This document shows positions 11,058 through 22,629 of a stretch of 35,891 nt of DNA, piece by piece (positions within the stretch are counted from its first letter, which is position 1; each line of letters begins with the position of its first letter). The translations under genes were made by a program, and so were the position numbers. The stretch spans positions 24,316,964-24,352,854 of the forward strand of contig NC_068999.1 in assembly GCF_001194135.2 (NCBI RefSeq). Reading direction: 5' to 3'. The DNA is from Octopus bimaculoides (lineage: Eukaryota). A model generated the notes under the pieces. That model searched no databases. It was not told the origin of the DNA and saw nothing but the letters and a program-made list of their open reading frames with translations.

Positions 11058-13641
11058 ACACACACACACACACGAATATGTGTTACAGAAATTGTATCTC
11101 TTTATAACTCTTTATTGTGAGTACGTTTAAAATAATATCAATATGACTCATTAAAACTAGTTGGTAACATGTGGATTTTTTTTTTGTATGTGTTGTGCAT
11201 ACATACATTTAGCAGTAACTTACCAACCAACCAGTCATTTCCTTTGGAGAATGATCACAGAATTTTACAACTACTTATATCTTAAACATTTTCTCTGATA
11301 TTATTTATCCTGTAAAAAAAACAAAATTAAATGAATGATTATGTATTATTTTTTTTTAAGGAAGTGTGTTTTTGTTTTGTTTTTATTTTCTTTTGCAAAA
11401 TTTATTGAATTAGACATTTTCTTTACATGAAAGAACTGATTGGAAATAGATCAGTTATGGACAAGGAAAATGTATAATTATATTTAATTTCTGTTATTTT
11501 CTAAGACTGTGTTGTAACAAGAATGCTTAAGTTTCTCTTTTTCTATAAATATAAAATGTATATTGCTGGAAATGACTTCACTAATCCACCAGTATATTTT
11601 CTGACAAAAAATAGATTATGCTTTGTCTATGGAAAGCCAAACTATTTCCATAACTTTAAAACATTATCACTATATATAAAAACAAAACATCAGTTTATAA
11701 TCAACAGATAACATACACGTACGTGTCTAGCAATCAGCAAATAAGGATTACATTTATTCTTAAATTTCATCATATTTTATTAATTGATTTCATGCCAACT
11801 TTTTGCCAACTTCTCATGTTCCCTGTAGTTTAGATTTGAATAATAGCCTATTTTAACATAATTCTTTCTTTAAATACATTCTAATTACATTTTTAATTTG
11901 TTAGATCTTAATTGAAGTTAGATGAATAAAAGTGATGGTTCACTAAGTTTAGCTTGATTTAATCATGAAGTGTACATATTTAATAAACCTGTTTAGATAT
12001 ATATCTCATTCAGTTACAGACACTTTGCAAATACTATTTGGAATATATGTTTTTCTAAATAAATTTTCATAACAGAAATATTCTTTGACAAGGAATCTAT
12101 TTTTCTTAAGTGTATTACTTGCCAACCTGATATAGAACTACTAAATGTTTCTAGTTGATTCAATTACTGCATCATATTGGTCATATCAATCTGTCATAGC
12201 TTATAGTTACTTTGCTGTTGTACAGTTTTCATCATAATCCCCAGCACATCTTTTAATATCGCCAGTTTATCAGACCAGTTTGTTTATCTATCTTCAAGTT
12301 TTGAGCACTTGCTTAAATATAACATTGATATTGATATTTAATATATTTTTTCTACTTTACTCACTTGTTGGCCCAAAAGCCTAGTAGACAGTATATTTTA
12401 TTCTGAAGAGTATTCCAAACAGGAAGTCCCACTTTATTGTTTAAATGTTTCGTTTCTTATGTGCAGTATTTTTTATCATTTATCTCATAGTAATGTTTTC
12501 CTAAATTTCAGCTTTGCATAAATGTTTGACTCCTGTCTATTTTGTTTGCTTTATCTTTGAATTGGTTTCACCCCAATTTGTCTATTTGTGTAACATTAAA
12601 ATAACCACAAAATTTCTTTTTTCTTGATGGTCATTACCAAAGATACATTGTTCTTCTGTTTATATCTTCATTGTAGAAATTGTCACCATATTGAAGGGTT
12701 TATGCTACAGATATTTATGTAATTCAAACTGAAATTATATATTTCCACAATGGAAGTTGTCTTAGAAGATTATCAATGTTTCCACTGATATGAATACTTC
12801 CTGCTGAAATGTGACTTAGTTGTCATTGATATGAAACTGCGTGTTAGAGGTAATATCTCTGAACATCCTAAATGACAGCCTGTCATCCAGAATACTCAGA
12901 AATACTTGTTTGTTTGTCAGAACAGTCTCCAAAAGTAGATTCATTTACTTTCCTCCTGACCTCAAAAATATTCTATAATTTCTTTGACAGAAATCAAAGA
13001 GTCATGTGACAGATTCAGTTCTGTAAAGTTTTGTCTCTGAATCAGTTTCTGCTTCTTTGTATATGTCTTTGTCTTTTTCTCTCTCTCTCTTTTCTCTCTT
13101 TACAAAACATGTGTGCATGTGTATGTGTGTGTTTTATGTGCATGTGCTATGTGTGCATGTGTGTACATGTGTGTGTGCATATATACATTTTAAAGCATGT
13201 TTAGTTCTAGTTATTCCCAGTTATTTTCACTGCTTATTTAACTGGTTCTCATTTCTACCCAACTCCCTGTAAACTGTACAATTGTAATTCCCTAGTTAGC
13301 TTCTTATAACACTCTTATAATGCGACCAGTTGTTTTATTTCAATAACTTGTTAGCTGACTCTGTATGTCCAGCTTTGTACAAACTGACCAATGCAGTTTT
13401 GTTTATCCTGTAATATGTTTGATTTATTTTATCATTAAAATAAATGGAAATCAAATTTTTCAACAAGCCTCAGTGTTTATTCTTTCTTTCTTTTCTTTTT
13501 TTTTTTATTGGTTTCAGTCAGAACCTTTGGCCATACTGGAGACACTGACATAATTTTTTTTTCATATTCATCATTTCATAAAATTCTTTGATAACTGTTT
13601 AATACACTATTTTTAAAGAAATTGTATCTCAGTGAATTAAC

Positions 13642-13787
13642 TGCAAACATGACTGTGTGGTTAAGAAGCTCATTTTGCAGCCACATGGTTTTGAGTTCAG
13701 TCCCACTGCACAGCACCTTGGGCAAGTGTGTTCTAGCCCTGGGCTAACCAATACTTTGTGAATGAATTTAGTTTAACAGAAACTGTG
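13642..13787 (+). mobile_element. diverged SINE 5' half
   Basis: ctgtgtggttaagaag...ccacatggttttgagttcagtcccactgcacagcaccttgggcaagtg matches the SINE head. Confidence 0.8.
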
Positions 13788-13825
13788 TATGTATAATAGA
13801 CAAGTTAAAATAATGGTCATTACAT

Positions 13826-14410
13826 ATATAATTCCTTTATTATAGCAAATTTGGCTTGCAACTGTTTCCAGTAGTCATTACAGATGGGTTTTTTTTCATA
13901 TTTGGTCTATTGATCAATTGAGGTAAATTGAAAGACCGAAGAAAATTAATGACACCTTTGTCAGAGCCATGTCCATGAAAAGCCCATATCAAATTTCAAC
14001 ACATTGGGTGGAGAATATCTGACCTATGTACAATGCCAATATGGTAATGTTGCTGACCTAGGTTTATGACTCCCTAATAAGCCTACTACTACAATAATAA
14101 CTACTATTATTTATACTACTACTACTGCTACTTCTACTAAGTTCCACTCCCTCAATTGCTACTTCTCCATTGTAACCTGCTTTTTACTTTTACTACTAAA
14201 ACATCCCAATCTTCCCCCCACTTTCCCCATACAATAGCCATTCTTCAAGTGCTCTGTTTGTTATTTCCAACAATGGCTCTGACGAAGGTAGCATTTTCTT
14301 AGGTCTTTCAATTTACCTCAATTGATCAATAGACCAACTGAGTAAACCTATCTATAATGACTACTGGGAAACATCTGTTAGCCAAATTTGTTATAATAAA
14401 GGAATTATAT
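13826..14410. repeat. long inverted repeat (~140-bp arms, 302-bp spacer), probable retroelement (PLE-type) terminus
   Basis: 13902-13937 is the exact reverse complement of 14302-14337 (36/36); similarity extends over 13826-13970 vs 14273-14410. The inverted repeat is directly seen; the PLE label is inference. Confidence 0.85.
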
Positions 14411-15519
14411 GTAACTAGCTGAATAGTCTGTTGTTACCAGGCAATTTTTACAATAGAATGTTTTGTATAAATTTTTGTCTATTCCATGTCAGACGATGCC
14501 TTCCCTGACAGATAGACCTCTTGGGTAGAAGAGATTTGTGCAATTTTTCACAAAAAAAAAAATCCGTTGGTGATTTTTTTTTCCTTTTTAGATAATTTAC
14601 ATGTCTGTTCAATCATTTCACATGACTTTATTCATTAAAACTTCAGAAGATCTTACAACTTTGGTTGTTGTAATGCTTTGTTTTCATTTGTTTAATAAAA
14701 ATTCCTTCTCGTAATGATTTTGCTTTCATTTTGTGATAGACAGCCATCATGCAAAAAATGCCAGCTTCCAAATCCTGTTTTCTGATTAGGTGAAATTGAT
14801 TAAACTTTAAACCTCAGTAACATTTTTCTGTTATTTTTCTGGAACAAATAAATAACAAAATCGGATATAATGTGGAAAATTATTTCAATATACCAAATTT
14901 GAAAACTTTGACGTAATTTTAAAATTTCATATGTGACAGCAACAGGGAAGACTCTACAAAAGTGAAGAGACAGACAGTTATAGGACGTATCACGCACATT
15001 TACAAATATACACATAAGTTTAAAATGGTGTATAGTAGACATGTATGTATGTATGTGTATATATATATATATATGTATGTGTGTGTGAGTTTTTCTTTGT
15101 GATGGGCAGCAAAAAGTCATCTGTGAATAATTGTTGTCAACTCACCTCCTCTCTCCTTAAAGCTATGCATTCCTCCCACCCACCTTTCTTTCCTTTCTTT
15201 TGCATTTTAAAAGTTACTTATGTGCATGTGTGTGTGTATGCAATGTTTCATCAAGATTGGTTCACTGGTGTAGGCAGCAAGATGGTAACAGACAGATAGA
15301 CAGACAGAAAATGCCATTTATGTATAAAATTACCATTATTTTAACTTGTCTATTATATATCACCCTTTAAAAACTAGTTTATCTGAAGCCCATCCATGGA
15401 TTTACAATATAGAGTTGTGATGAACCATAAATTTGGACCTTACCAAAAGATTACTTGGAGTTCTTCACTAAACTAAGTAATATTGTTAGCCTGGTGTCCA
15501 ATGACTGATGCAAAAAAAG

Positions 15520-16055
15520 AAAAAAAATTCTCAAAACTTCTTGTCAAACACATTTAAGTGTAATATCAACTCTTGCAGCAAGCATCCAAAAAGTTCCAAT
15601 AACAAGGCCACTCTTCCATAGCAAACATATCTCCTTTAATAAACAAGGCTCCAACCTTTACAGTTTCTGGCACTACAAGTCTAACCCCTTTCAAACCACC
15701 AGAACACCATCCAACCCATTAAATGCAGATGATCAGACTAAAGTACAGGCACCAAAATAAAGACTAGCATCCATAGCCTGGTTAGCCTCATTGATTGGAA
15801 TGCATACCTATGTGCAGTAGAATAGCAAATTTTGTGTCTAATTCTCTGTTGCCTATCTCTGCTCAAACTTCCACATCTCACCCCTTATTCTTATTGGAGT
15901 ATGCAGTTTGAATTACAACCAAGCAGAGACATTGTATATCGCAAGTCCCTTGGCTACTAGAGATAAGGTTGAACAATTATCACATTATGACACCTATTGA
16001 GGTCGAAACATGTGTCCACAACTGTCCTCTTATCACTAGACAATAAACCTGTCTC
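15520..16055 (+). mobile_element. probable Penelope-like terminal (pLTR) fragment
   Basis: Ends in a hammerhead-like acct-attg-aggt-c-gaaac-atgt-gtc motif followed by AATAAA (16042-16047), an arrangement typical of PLE pLTRs. Boundaries approximate. Confidence 0.45.
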
Positions 16056-16271
16056 TTTCCATAATGGTATGTCAGCTTTGGAGAATTCTTGATTATTGAG
16101 ATTATCTCCCTTTCAGATATGGAGCTGTCTTTCATTGCTATTTGGTAATTATAACACATCCTCTAGAAGTGGAGATAATTTCAATAAATCATGAATTTCT
16201 TTTGTATGGTATGTGTCTTCGTTGTTCAAATACATGCAACTGGACATACTGAGTTGTTTCTTTTAGCTCCT

Positions 16272-16320
<49 letters not shown>

Positions 16321-16602
16321 ATCTGTAAATCACACCAAGTTGTTTGGCACACTACCCACATGCTATAAAGAGCTGCTTATCGTGGCTGACTGGTGCTAAA
16401 CAATGACAGTAAATAGGCTTAGGGTTGATTTTATTTATTTTTCTTAAGTTCATTCTGTTGAATGTTCTCAGAACAGGTTTTCAATTGCAAACCAGTTAAT
16501 TCCTAAAACTAGTTATTTTTTCAATGGCAGTTTAAACATTCTGCTGGTTTATAGTATTTGCAAAACATTAAAAATGTTTCATGAAAAACAACATTTTTGT
16601 AT

Positions 16603-16863
16603 GTGCAGGTGGCACGTAAAAAACACCATTTTGAGTGTGGCCATTGCCAGTACCGCCTGACTGGCCCTAGTGCCAGTGGCACGTAAAAGCACCCACTACA
16701 CTCTCGGAGTGGTTGGCATTAAGAAGAGCATCCAGCTGTAGAAACTCTGCCAGATCAGATTGGAGCCTGGTGCAGCCTTCTGGTTCGCCAGTCCTTAGTC
16801 AAATCGTCCAACCCATACTAGCATGGAAAGCAGACGTTAAACGATGATGATGATGATGATGAT
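16603..16863 (+). mobile_element. 5'-truncated RTE 3' end with (GAT)n tail
   Basis: Collinear with 2226-2483 and 19730-19933. Confidence 0.9.
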
Positions 16864-17184
16864 ATGTAATAATGTATGGCTTAAATTACAGACTTTGTGA
16901 ATTTATGATTAACATCATTATAATTTTCTTAATTAAAATAAATTTAATATGAGACAACCATATTCTAACTGCTGTATTATAAACCAAAATGAATCTGCTG
17001 CCAGAGTTGCTAGCATTGTGGACAAAATGCTGAGCAGCTTTTCTTCTGGTTTTACATTCGGAGTTCAAATGCTGCCAAAATCAATTTTGCCTTTCATTCT
17101 TTAAGGATCAATAAAATAAAGCACCACTTCAGGACTGAGGTAGATGAAACCAACTTTCCTCTCCCCCACCAAATTAGAAAGAAT

Positions 17185-17560
17185 TATTCCCCTCTTGAAA
17201 CCAACTAGTCTGAGACCATCCCTTTAATGTTATGCTACAAATTGCCTGTGTTAAAGTGATCTAAATTAAAATCTTTCACCAAAGTTCCATGTTAATCTAT
17301 TGTTCCAAACACCAGATAAATAACGACAAAATTATTTTAGTAAATTCTTCATTATTTTCAAAATTAGTTGAAACAGAAGTAGTGTATTTCAACAGAAAGG
17401 CGCAGGAGTGGTTGTGTGGTAAGTAGCTTGCTTACCAACCACATGGTCCCGGGTTCAGTCCCACTGTGTGGCACCTTGGGCAAGTGTCTTCTACTATAGC
17501 CTCGGGCCGACCAAAGCCTTGTGAGTGGATTTGGTAGATGGAAACTGAAAGAAGCCCATC

Positions 17561-17643
<83 letters not shown>

Positions 17644-17872
17644 TGTGTGTGTGTTTGTCCCCCCAACATTGCTTGACAACCGATGCAGGTGTGTTTACGT
17701 CCCCGTAACTTAGCGGTTCGGCAAAAGAGACCGTTAGAATAAATACTAGGCTTACAAAGAATAAGTCCTGGGATCGATCTGCTCGACTAAAGGCGGTGCT
17801 CTAGCATGGCCGCAGTCAAATGACTGAAACAAGTAAAAGAGTAAAAGAGAAATATAGTAATAAAAGGGTTAA
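17185..17872. mobile_element. piggyBac-type MITE interrupted by a SINE
   Basis: Right end ...aaaagggTTAA at 17872. The flanks ...caacagaaa|SINE|agaaatatagtaataaaagggttaa rejoin, with a short agaaa duplication. Left end degenerate; family recalled as a common octopus MITE. Confidence 0.55.
17399..17849 (+). mobile_element. full-length tRNA-derived SINE (family A) with internal (TA)n(TG)n
   Basis: A-box-like tggttgtgtggtaag, B-box-like gggttcagtccc, ccttgggcaagtg, internal microsatellite and (gtaaaaga)n tail; multiple copies in the window. Confidence 0.9.
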
Positions 17873-19933
17873 ATCAACTTTAGAAGGAGTCATACCCAAT
17901 GACTGGTGTAGCAGTACCACAGTCAACTGCTACAAAGGTAAATATGATGCTTTAGATAGAAATAACTACAGGGGTATCAAATTATTGGATCAGGTGATGA
18001 AAGTTGCAGAGAGGGTCATAATAGCCCAACTAATTGGTGAGAGAGTTTGCCATGAAGTGATCCAGTTTGGTTTTGTGCCAGACAGAAGCACCACTGATGT
18101 TATATTTCTGGTAAGGCAACTGCAGGAGAAATATCTAGCCAAAGATAAACCACTGTACTTGGCTTTTGTTGACTTGGAGAAAGCCTTTGACATGGTCCCC
18201 CGATCCCTTATCTGGTGGTCATTGCAGAAACTGGAGATAGATGAGTGTTTGTTAAGAGCTGTACAAACCCTGTACAGGGATGCTGTTAGTAAAGTGAGGG
18301 TAGGCAACGTGTATAGGGAAAAATTCCGAGTAGAAGTAGGGATTCACCAAGGATCAGTCTTCATCCCCCTCTTATTCATTATAGTTCTCCAGGCAATAAC
18401 AGAGGAATTCAAGACAGGATGCCCCTGGGAGCTCCTCTATGCTGATGACCTTGCTCTAATAGTTGAGTCACTGCCAGAACTGGAGACGAAGTTTAGGGTG
18501 TGGAAGCAAGGTCTAGAATCAAAGGGCCTTAGGGTTAACCTAGCAAAAACCAAAGTCTTAGTAAGTAGGTAGGCTGACAAGTCACAAACCCCTTCAGGTA
18601 GATGGCCCTGCTCAATCTGTAGGAAAGGCATGGGTAGAAACTCCATATGATGTACCAAGGTGCAGCAATATCAAAGGAAGGTTAACCGGGAAGATAGTTT
18701 TTGTGTGTGGCAGATGCACAAGGGCAATAAACACTGAAGATGTAAAGAAAACAGATTCCATCACATGCCAGGGGGAGAAACTAGAAGTAGTTGATAGCTT
18801 CTGCTACCTAGGCAACCACGTCTGTAGTGGGGGCAGTCGCTCTGAGAGTGTAGTGACTAGAATAAGAACAGCTTAGACAAAGTTCAGGGAGCTCCTACCT
18901 CTACTGGCAACTAAGGGCCTCTCGCTCAAGATGAGAGGTATACTGTATGATGTATGTGTCTGAACTGCCATGCTACATGGCAGTGAAACATGGGCCATGG
19001 CTGCTGAGGACGTGTAGGTTTGAAAGAAATGAAGCTAGTATGATCTGCTGGATGTGTAATGTCAGTGTGCATACACGACAGAGTGTGAGCACCCTGAGAG
19101 AAAAGTTGGACATAAGAAGCATCAGATGTGGTGTGCAAAAGAGACGACTGTGCTGGAATGGTCATGTGTTACATATGGATGAGGACAGATGAGGACAGGT
19201 GTTGCATATGATGTGAGGAAGTGTCACACCTTAACTGTGGAAGGAACCTCTGGAAGTGGTAGACCCAGGATGACATGGGATAAGGTGATGAAGTATGACC
19301 TTCAAACATTGGGCCTCACAGAGGCAAGGACAGGAGACTGAGACCTTTGGAAATATACTGTGATTGAGAACACCCGACAACTAAAGTGATATCGCAGTTA
19401 TGGCGAATGCTAGTATTGCATGTCCGGCCCATTTAAGAGTACCCTTGATGCATCGGGCGATATGATATGCTTGAGACGACCTGTTGAGTCAAGTAAAACC
19501 AAAATTGTAACTGTGGCCAGTGCCCCCTGACTGGCTCCCGTTCCAGTGGCATGTAAAATGCATCGTCCGAATGTGATCAATGCCAGTGTCCCTTGACTGG
19601 GTCCCATGCTGGGGGCAAGTAAAAAGCACCATTCGAACGTGGCCGGTGCCAGTACCCAGGCTCCATGCTGGTGGCACATAAAAAGCATCATCCAAATGTG
19701 GCCAATGCGAATACCCCTGACTGGCTCCTGTGCCGGTGGCATGTAAAAAGCACCCACTACACTCTTGGAGTGGTTGGCATTAGGAAGGGCATCCAGCTGT
19801 AGAAACATTGCCAGATCAGATTGGAGCCTGGTGCAGCCACTGGCTCTCCAGACCTCAGACAAGCCGTCCAACCCATGCCAGCATGGACAAGATGAAGAAC
19901 ATTAAACAAGATGAAGATAATAATGATGATGAT
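17873..19933 (+). mobile_element. 5'-truncated RTE-clade LINE: RT pseudogene plus complete 3' UTR and (GAT)n tail
   Basis: NYRGIKLL, QFGF...STTD, AFVDLEKAFD, GIHQGS, LLYADDLAL and NLAKTK in the open frame to 18572; thumb region (FCYLG, TAMLHGSETW) with stops and frameshifts to ~19390; then tandem units and tail. Confidence 0.95.
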
Positions 19934-20195
19934 GTGATAAAAGTGTAAACATGTAAAACTTAGTGAATAAAATAATATTACAAAATTCCAGTTTCTTTTG
20001 AGTACCCCCCTTGTAAAGTGTGTATCTCCATTTCATTTTCAACAAAACCATTTATGTGTATGCAATATTTGATAAACTATTACTGATTGATGTATGTAAA
20101 ACATGTGAGATACACTTCACGTGCCTTTCATAATCATAAATTATGCTAACTGTGAACAAGCATCTTTATTTTCTTACTCAATATTTGGTCTTCCT

Positions 20196-20400
20196 TAACC
20201 ATTTAGTATTTAAACTGGCCATATCAGGTCCAAATATTCTACCTGTTTTATGTTCTAACTGGCCAGTTTCTCACACCTATCCTACAATGTCACTCTGGAA
20301 ATTTACAATCACATCATTGAAATGTTGAAGCTACGAGTTAAATCAAAGCAACATGAATAAATAAGTATTACCTTTGACAGAATAATTTGAATATCACTGT
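20196..20400. mobile_element. degenerate TTAA-CCC-type MITE
   Basis: Begins ttaaccatttagtatttaaactggccatatcaggtccaaatattctacctg, recalled as an abundant octopus MITE; right end decayed. Confidence 0.45.
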
Positions 20401-20996
20401 CTGAGTGAAAGCATAACATAATTAGATAATGTTTTGCTGATTTTTAGATCTGGACAAAGCAAAAATACCCTCTTCAAGACAGTCAAAGTCTTTCCAATTG
20501 CCGTAATACACTTGACTTTTGAATTCAAGTCTTTATCCTACCAAGGTAGGCATGGAACATTGAAAAATATCTACAGTAAAAGAAGACTCAAGAAACACAT
20601 GGAAAAATGTGGATTAATTAGGTTACAGAGTGTTGTGGCTACTGACAAAATGATACAAAATTAAGAGGGACAGTGATACCTACTGCAGATCTATCCAACC
20701 AATACAAGCATGGAACAATTGATATGAAGGCTAATGTACAACAATCAATATAATAGGTAACCACTATCAAATAGATATCTTACCTAGGTATGAGAAAGTT
20801 CATTTTATATAATAAATATTGATTCAGTGATATATTTAGTATTCCTGTAATGTAATTTGAAGAACACAGACAGATATATCGAGTCAATGGAAGAACCTGT
20901 ATGCAGTTGCTTGACCTGCAATGATTAGCAATCAATTCTTTCTCAAATCCTATCCTACAGGGATTTGTCCAGGGGTCTCACAGGTCTAGCAGCCCA

Positions 20997-21045
<49 letters not shown>

Positions 21046-21069
21046 NNNNNNNNNNGGGAATAGAGAAAG

Positions 21070-21106
21070 TCTTTAACGTTTCGAGCTACGCTCTTCAACA
21101 GAAAGA
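21070..21106 (-). ncRNA. minimal type I hammerhead-ribozyme-like motif (variant core)
   Basis: Minus strand reads TCTTT-CTGTTGA-A-GAGC-gta-GCTC-GAA-ACGT-T-AAAGA: 5-bp stem I, 4-bp stem II, palindromic ACGT stem III, GUU triplet. Deviations: A6->U and an extra A before stem II. Confidence 0.55.
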
Positions 21107-21108
21107 AT

Positions 21109-21168
21109 AAGGAGAAAAACAAGGAGAAAAACAAGGAGAAAAACAAGGAGAAAAACATGGAGAAAAAA
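21109..21168 (+). repeat. 12-bp tandem repeat (AAGGAGAAAAAC)x4 plus one degenerate unit
   Basis: Direct reading. Confidence 0.95.
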
Positions 21169-21224
21169 AATTTGAATGTTATGGTCAGCGATCTATTAAA
21201 AGAATTTTTTTTAGCTAAATGAGT

Positions 21225-21365
21225 TGACTCCTCTACTTATTTTTGTTAAGCCTGGTACTTATTCTGTTGGTCTATTTTGCCAAACTGCTAAGTTACAGGC
21301 ACATAAACAGACCAACACCAGTTGTCAAGCAGTATGGGGGGATAAACACAGATACAAAGACACAC
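21225..21365 (-). mobile_element. SINE family A 3' half
   Basis: aagcctggtacttattct...gccaaactgctaagttacagg...ttgtcaagcagtatggggggataaacac. Confidence 0.8.
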
Positions 21366-22029
21366 ACACACACACAAATGTGTGTGTGTGTGTGTGTGTG
21401 TATATGTATGTATGTATGTATGTATATATGCATGTATATATGTATGTATATATGTATGTATGTATATAAATATTATATTAATAATGAAAGGGTAAAGTTA
21501 ATTAAATTAATTAATAATTTTACCAAGTAGATAGATACGTTAAAATAACCTTTATAGGTAAAGTTATACAAATATTCTCTAATTATAAACAAAATTATAA
21601 TTAGGGGTCAGCTAATTATGTTTATAATTATAGAATATTTGTATATAAATATTCTATGTAGTTAAGTTTATACATCAGTGGTATCTGAAAATGCAATCGA
21701 AGCACAGTCCAAGGGAGCTAACTTTAAAAATACCTTAACTTCTTGCTTCATTCAGTGCACTTAAAAAGAAACTGACAGATTTAACAGTACAGCTATTGTA
21801 ATCCGTGTTCGAAGGTGCGGTAAACTGCTGTTTGTGAGTCAGATGTAACTTTTCAATACTTCTGACTCAAGTATATATATGAGATGAACTCTTTCTTGAA
21901 TGTGATTAGTAATAAGTATTTTGAAGTGTTTAAATTTGTTTTGATGGTTAATCGGAGAATACATTTTAAAATTAATTTTTTAATTATGCATTTCGATTCA
22001 TAATTTTTTTAGTTTCTTTGTTTTTACAG

Positions 22030-22087
22030 AGAAAACACCTCATTATGGATGAAACAGTAACGATATTAGGAAGCGAATCAAAACTGG
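22030..22087 (+). CDS. candidate early exon with ATG at 22045 (MDETVTILGSESKL)
   Basis: Long poly-pyrimidine acceptor; possible donors GTAACG (22057) or GTGAAA (22088). Short and unverified. Confidence 0.2.
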
Positions 22088-22144
22088 GTGAAAGTGGTTT
22101 TTATTAAACGGAAAACGTTAATATGTAAATAAATTCTATGTACA

Positions 22145-22240
22145 GACACAGGCATAGCTGTGTGATTAAAAGACGATCGCTGTGCACCCACGTAGCTTCA
22201 GATTCAGTCGTATTGTGCGACAAGTCGGACCGTCGTATAA
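22145..22240 (+). mobile_element. old SINE head
   Basis: acaggcatagctgtgtgattaa...ccacgtagcttcagattcagtcgtattgtgcgacaagt aligns loosely to the SINE head. Confidence 0.55.
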
Positions 22241-22395
22241 GAGCTAGGTTCGCTTTTACGAGCCCACGAAACATTAAGTTGCACAGACTCGAATCAAATT
22301 GTTATTAAATAGTCTATGTAACTCCTACAAATTGTGTTGAGTGCTACTTTCTTTCGTTTGTCGACTTACTCGTATAGTATGTGTGTGTGTGTCTA

Positions 22396-22457
22396 GGTAC
22401 ATGGCTCAGTGATCAGAGCGTCGGTGTTACAATCATGAGGTTGTGAGTTCGATTCCC
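22396..22457 (+). mobile_element. tRNA-derived head of a second SINE family (truncated)
   Basis: A box TGGCTCAGTGA and B box AGTTCGATTCC; no proper anticodon or acceptor stems. Confidence 0.65.
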
Positions 22458-22629
22458 TTGTCTCATTTTTTTTCTCCAGCCTTCACATCTCAACATTTAG
22501 TATGTAGTAACGTAGCAAGGGTTTTGACCACTCATTTTCTTAAACACAACATAACTCCAATTACAGTAAACACGTTTACGTAAAGTGGCCACCATCGACA
22601 GTCCACTCAGCGCATGCTATGCCACCGAT

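Noticed and set aside
14279-14285. CTGACGA here and CTGAGGA at 33140 as hammerhead cores
   Set aside because: No stem II followed by GAAA, and no stems I/III.
16930-17100. GC-balanced stretch with open frames on both strands
   Set aside because: No frame or splice model preferred; nothing recognisable.
19510-19760. Regularly spaced repeats resembling a CRISPR array
   Set aside because: Whole units are homologous (no unique spacers), they are part of a LINE 3' UTR, and there are no cas genes in this eukaryotic DNA.
20372-20400. 29-nt minus-strand micro-exon with good splice sites
   Set aside because: Lies inside a MITE-like repeat; signals probably fortuitous.
22396-22457. tRNA gene
   Set aside because: A/B boxes present but anticodon and acceptor stems do not pair; treated as a SINE head.
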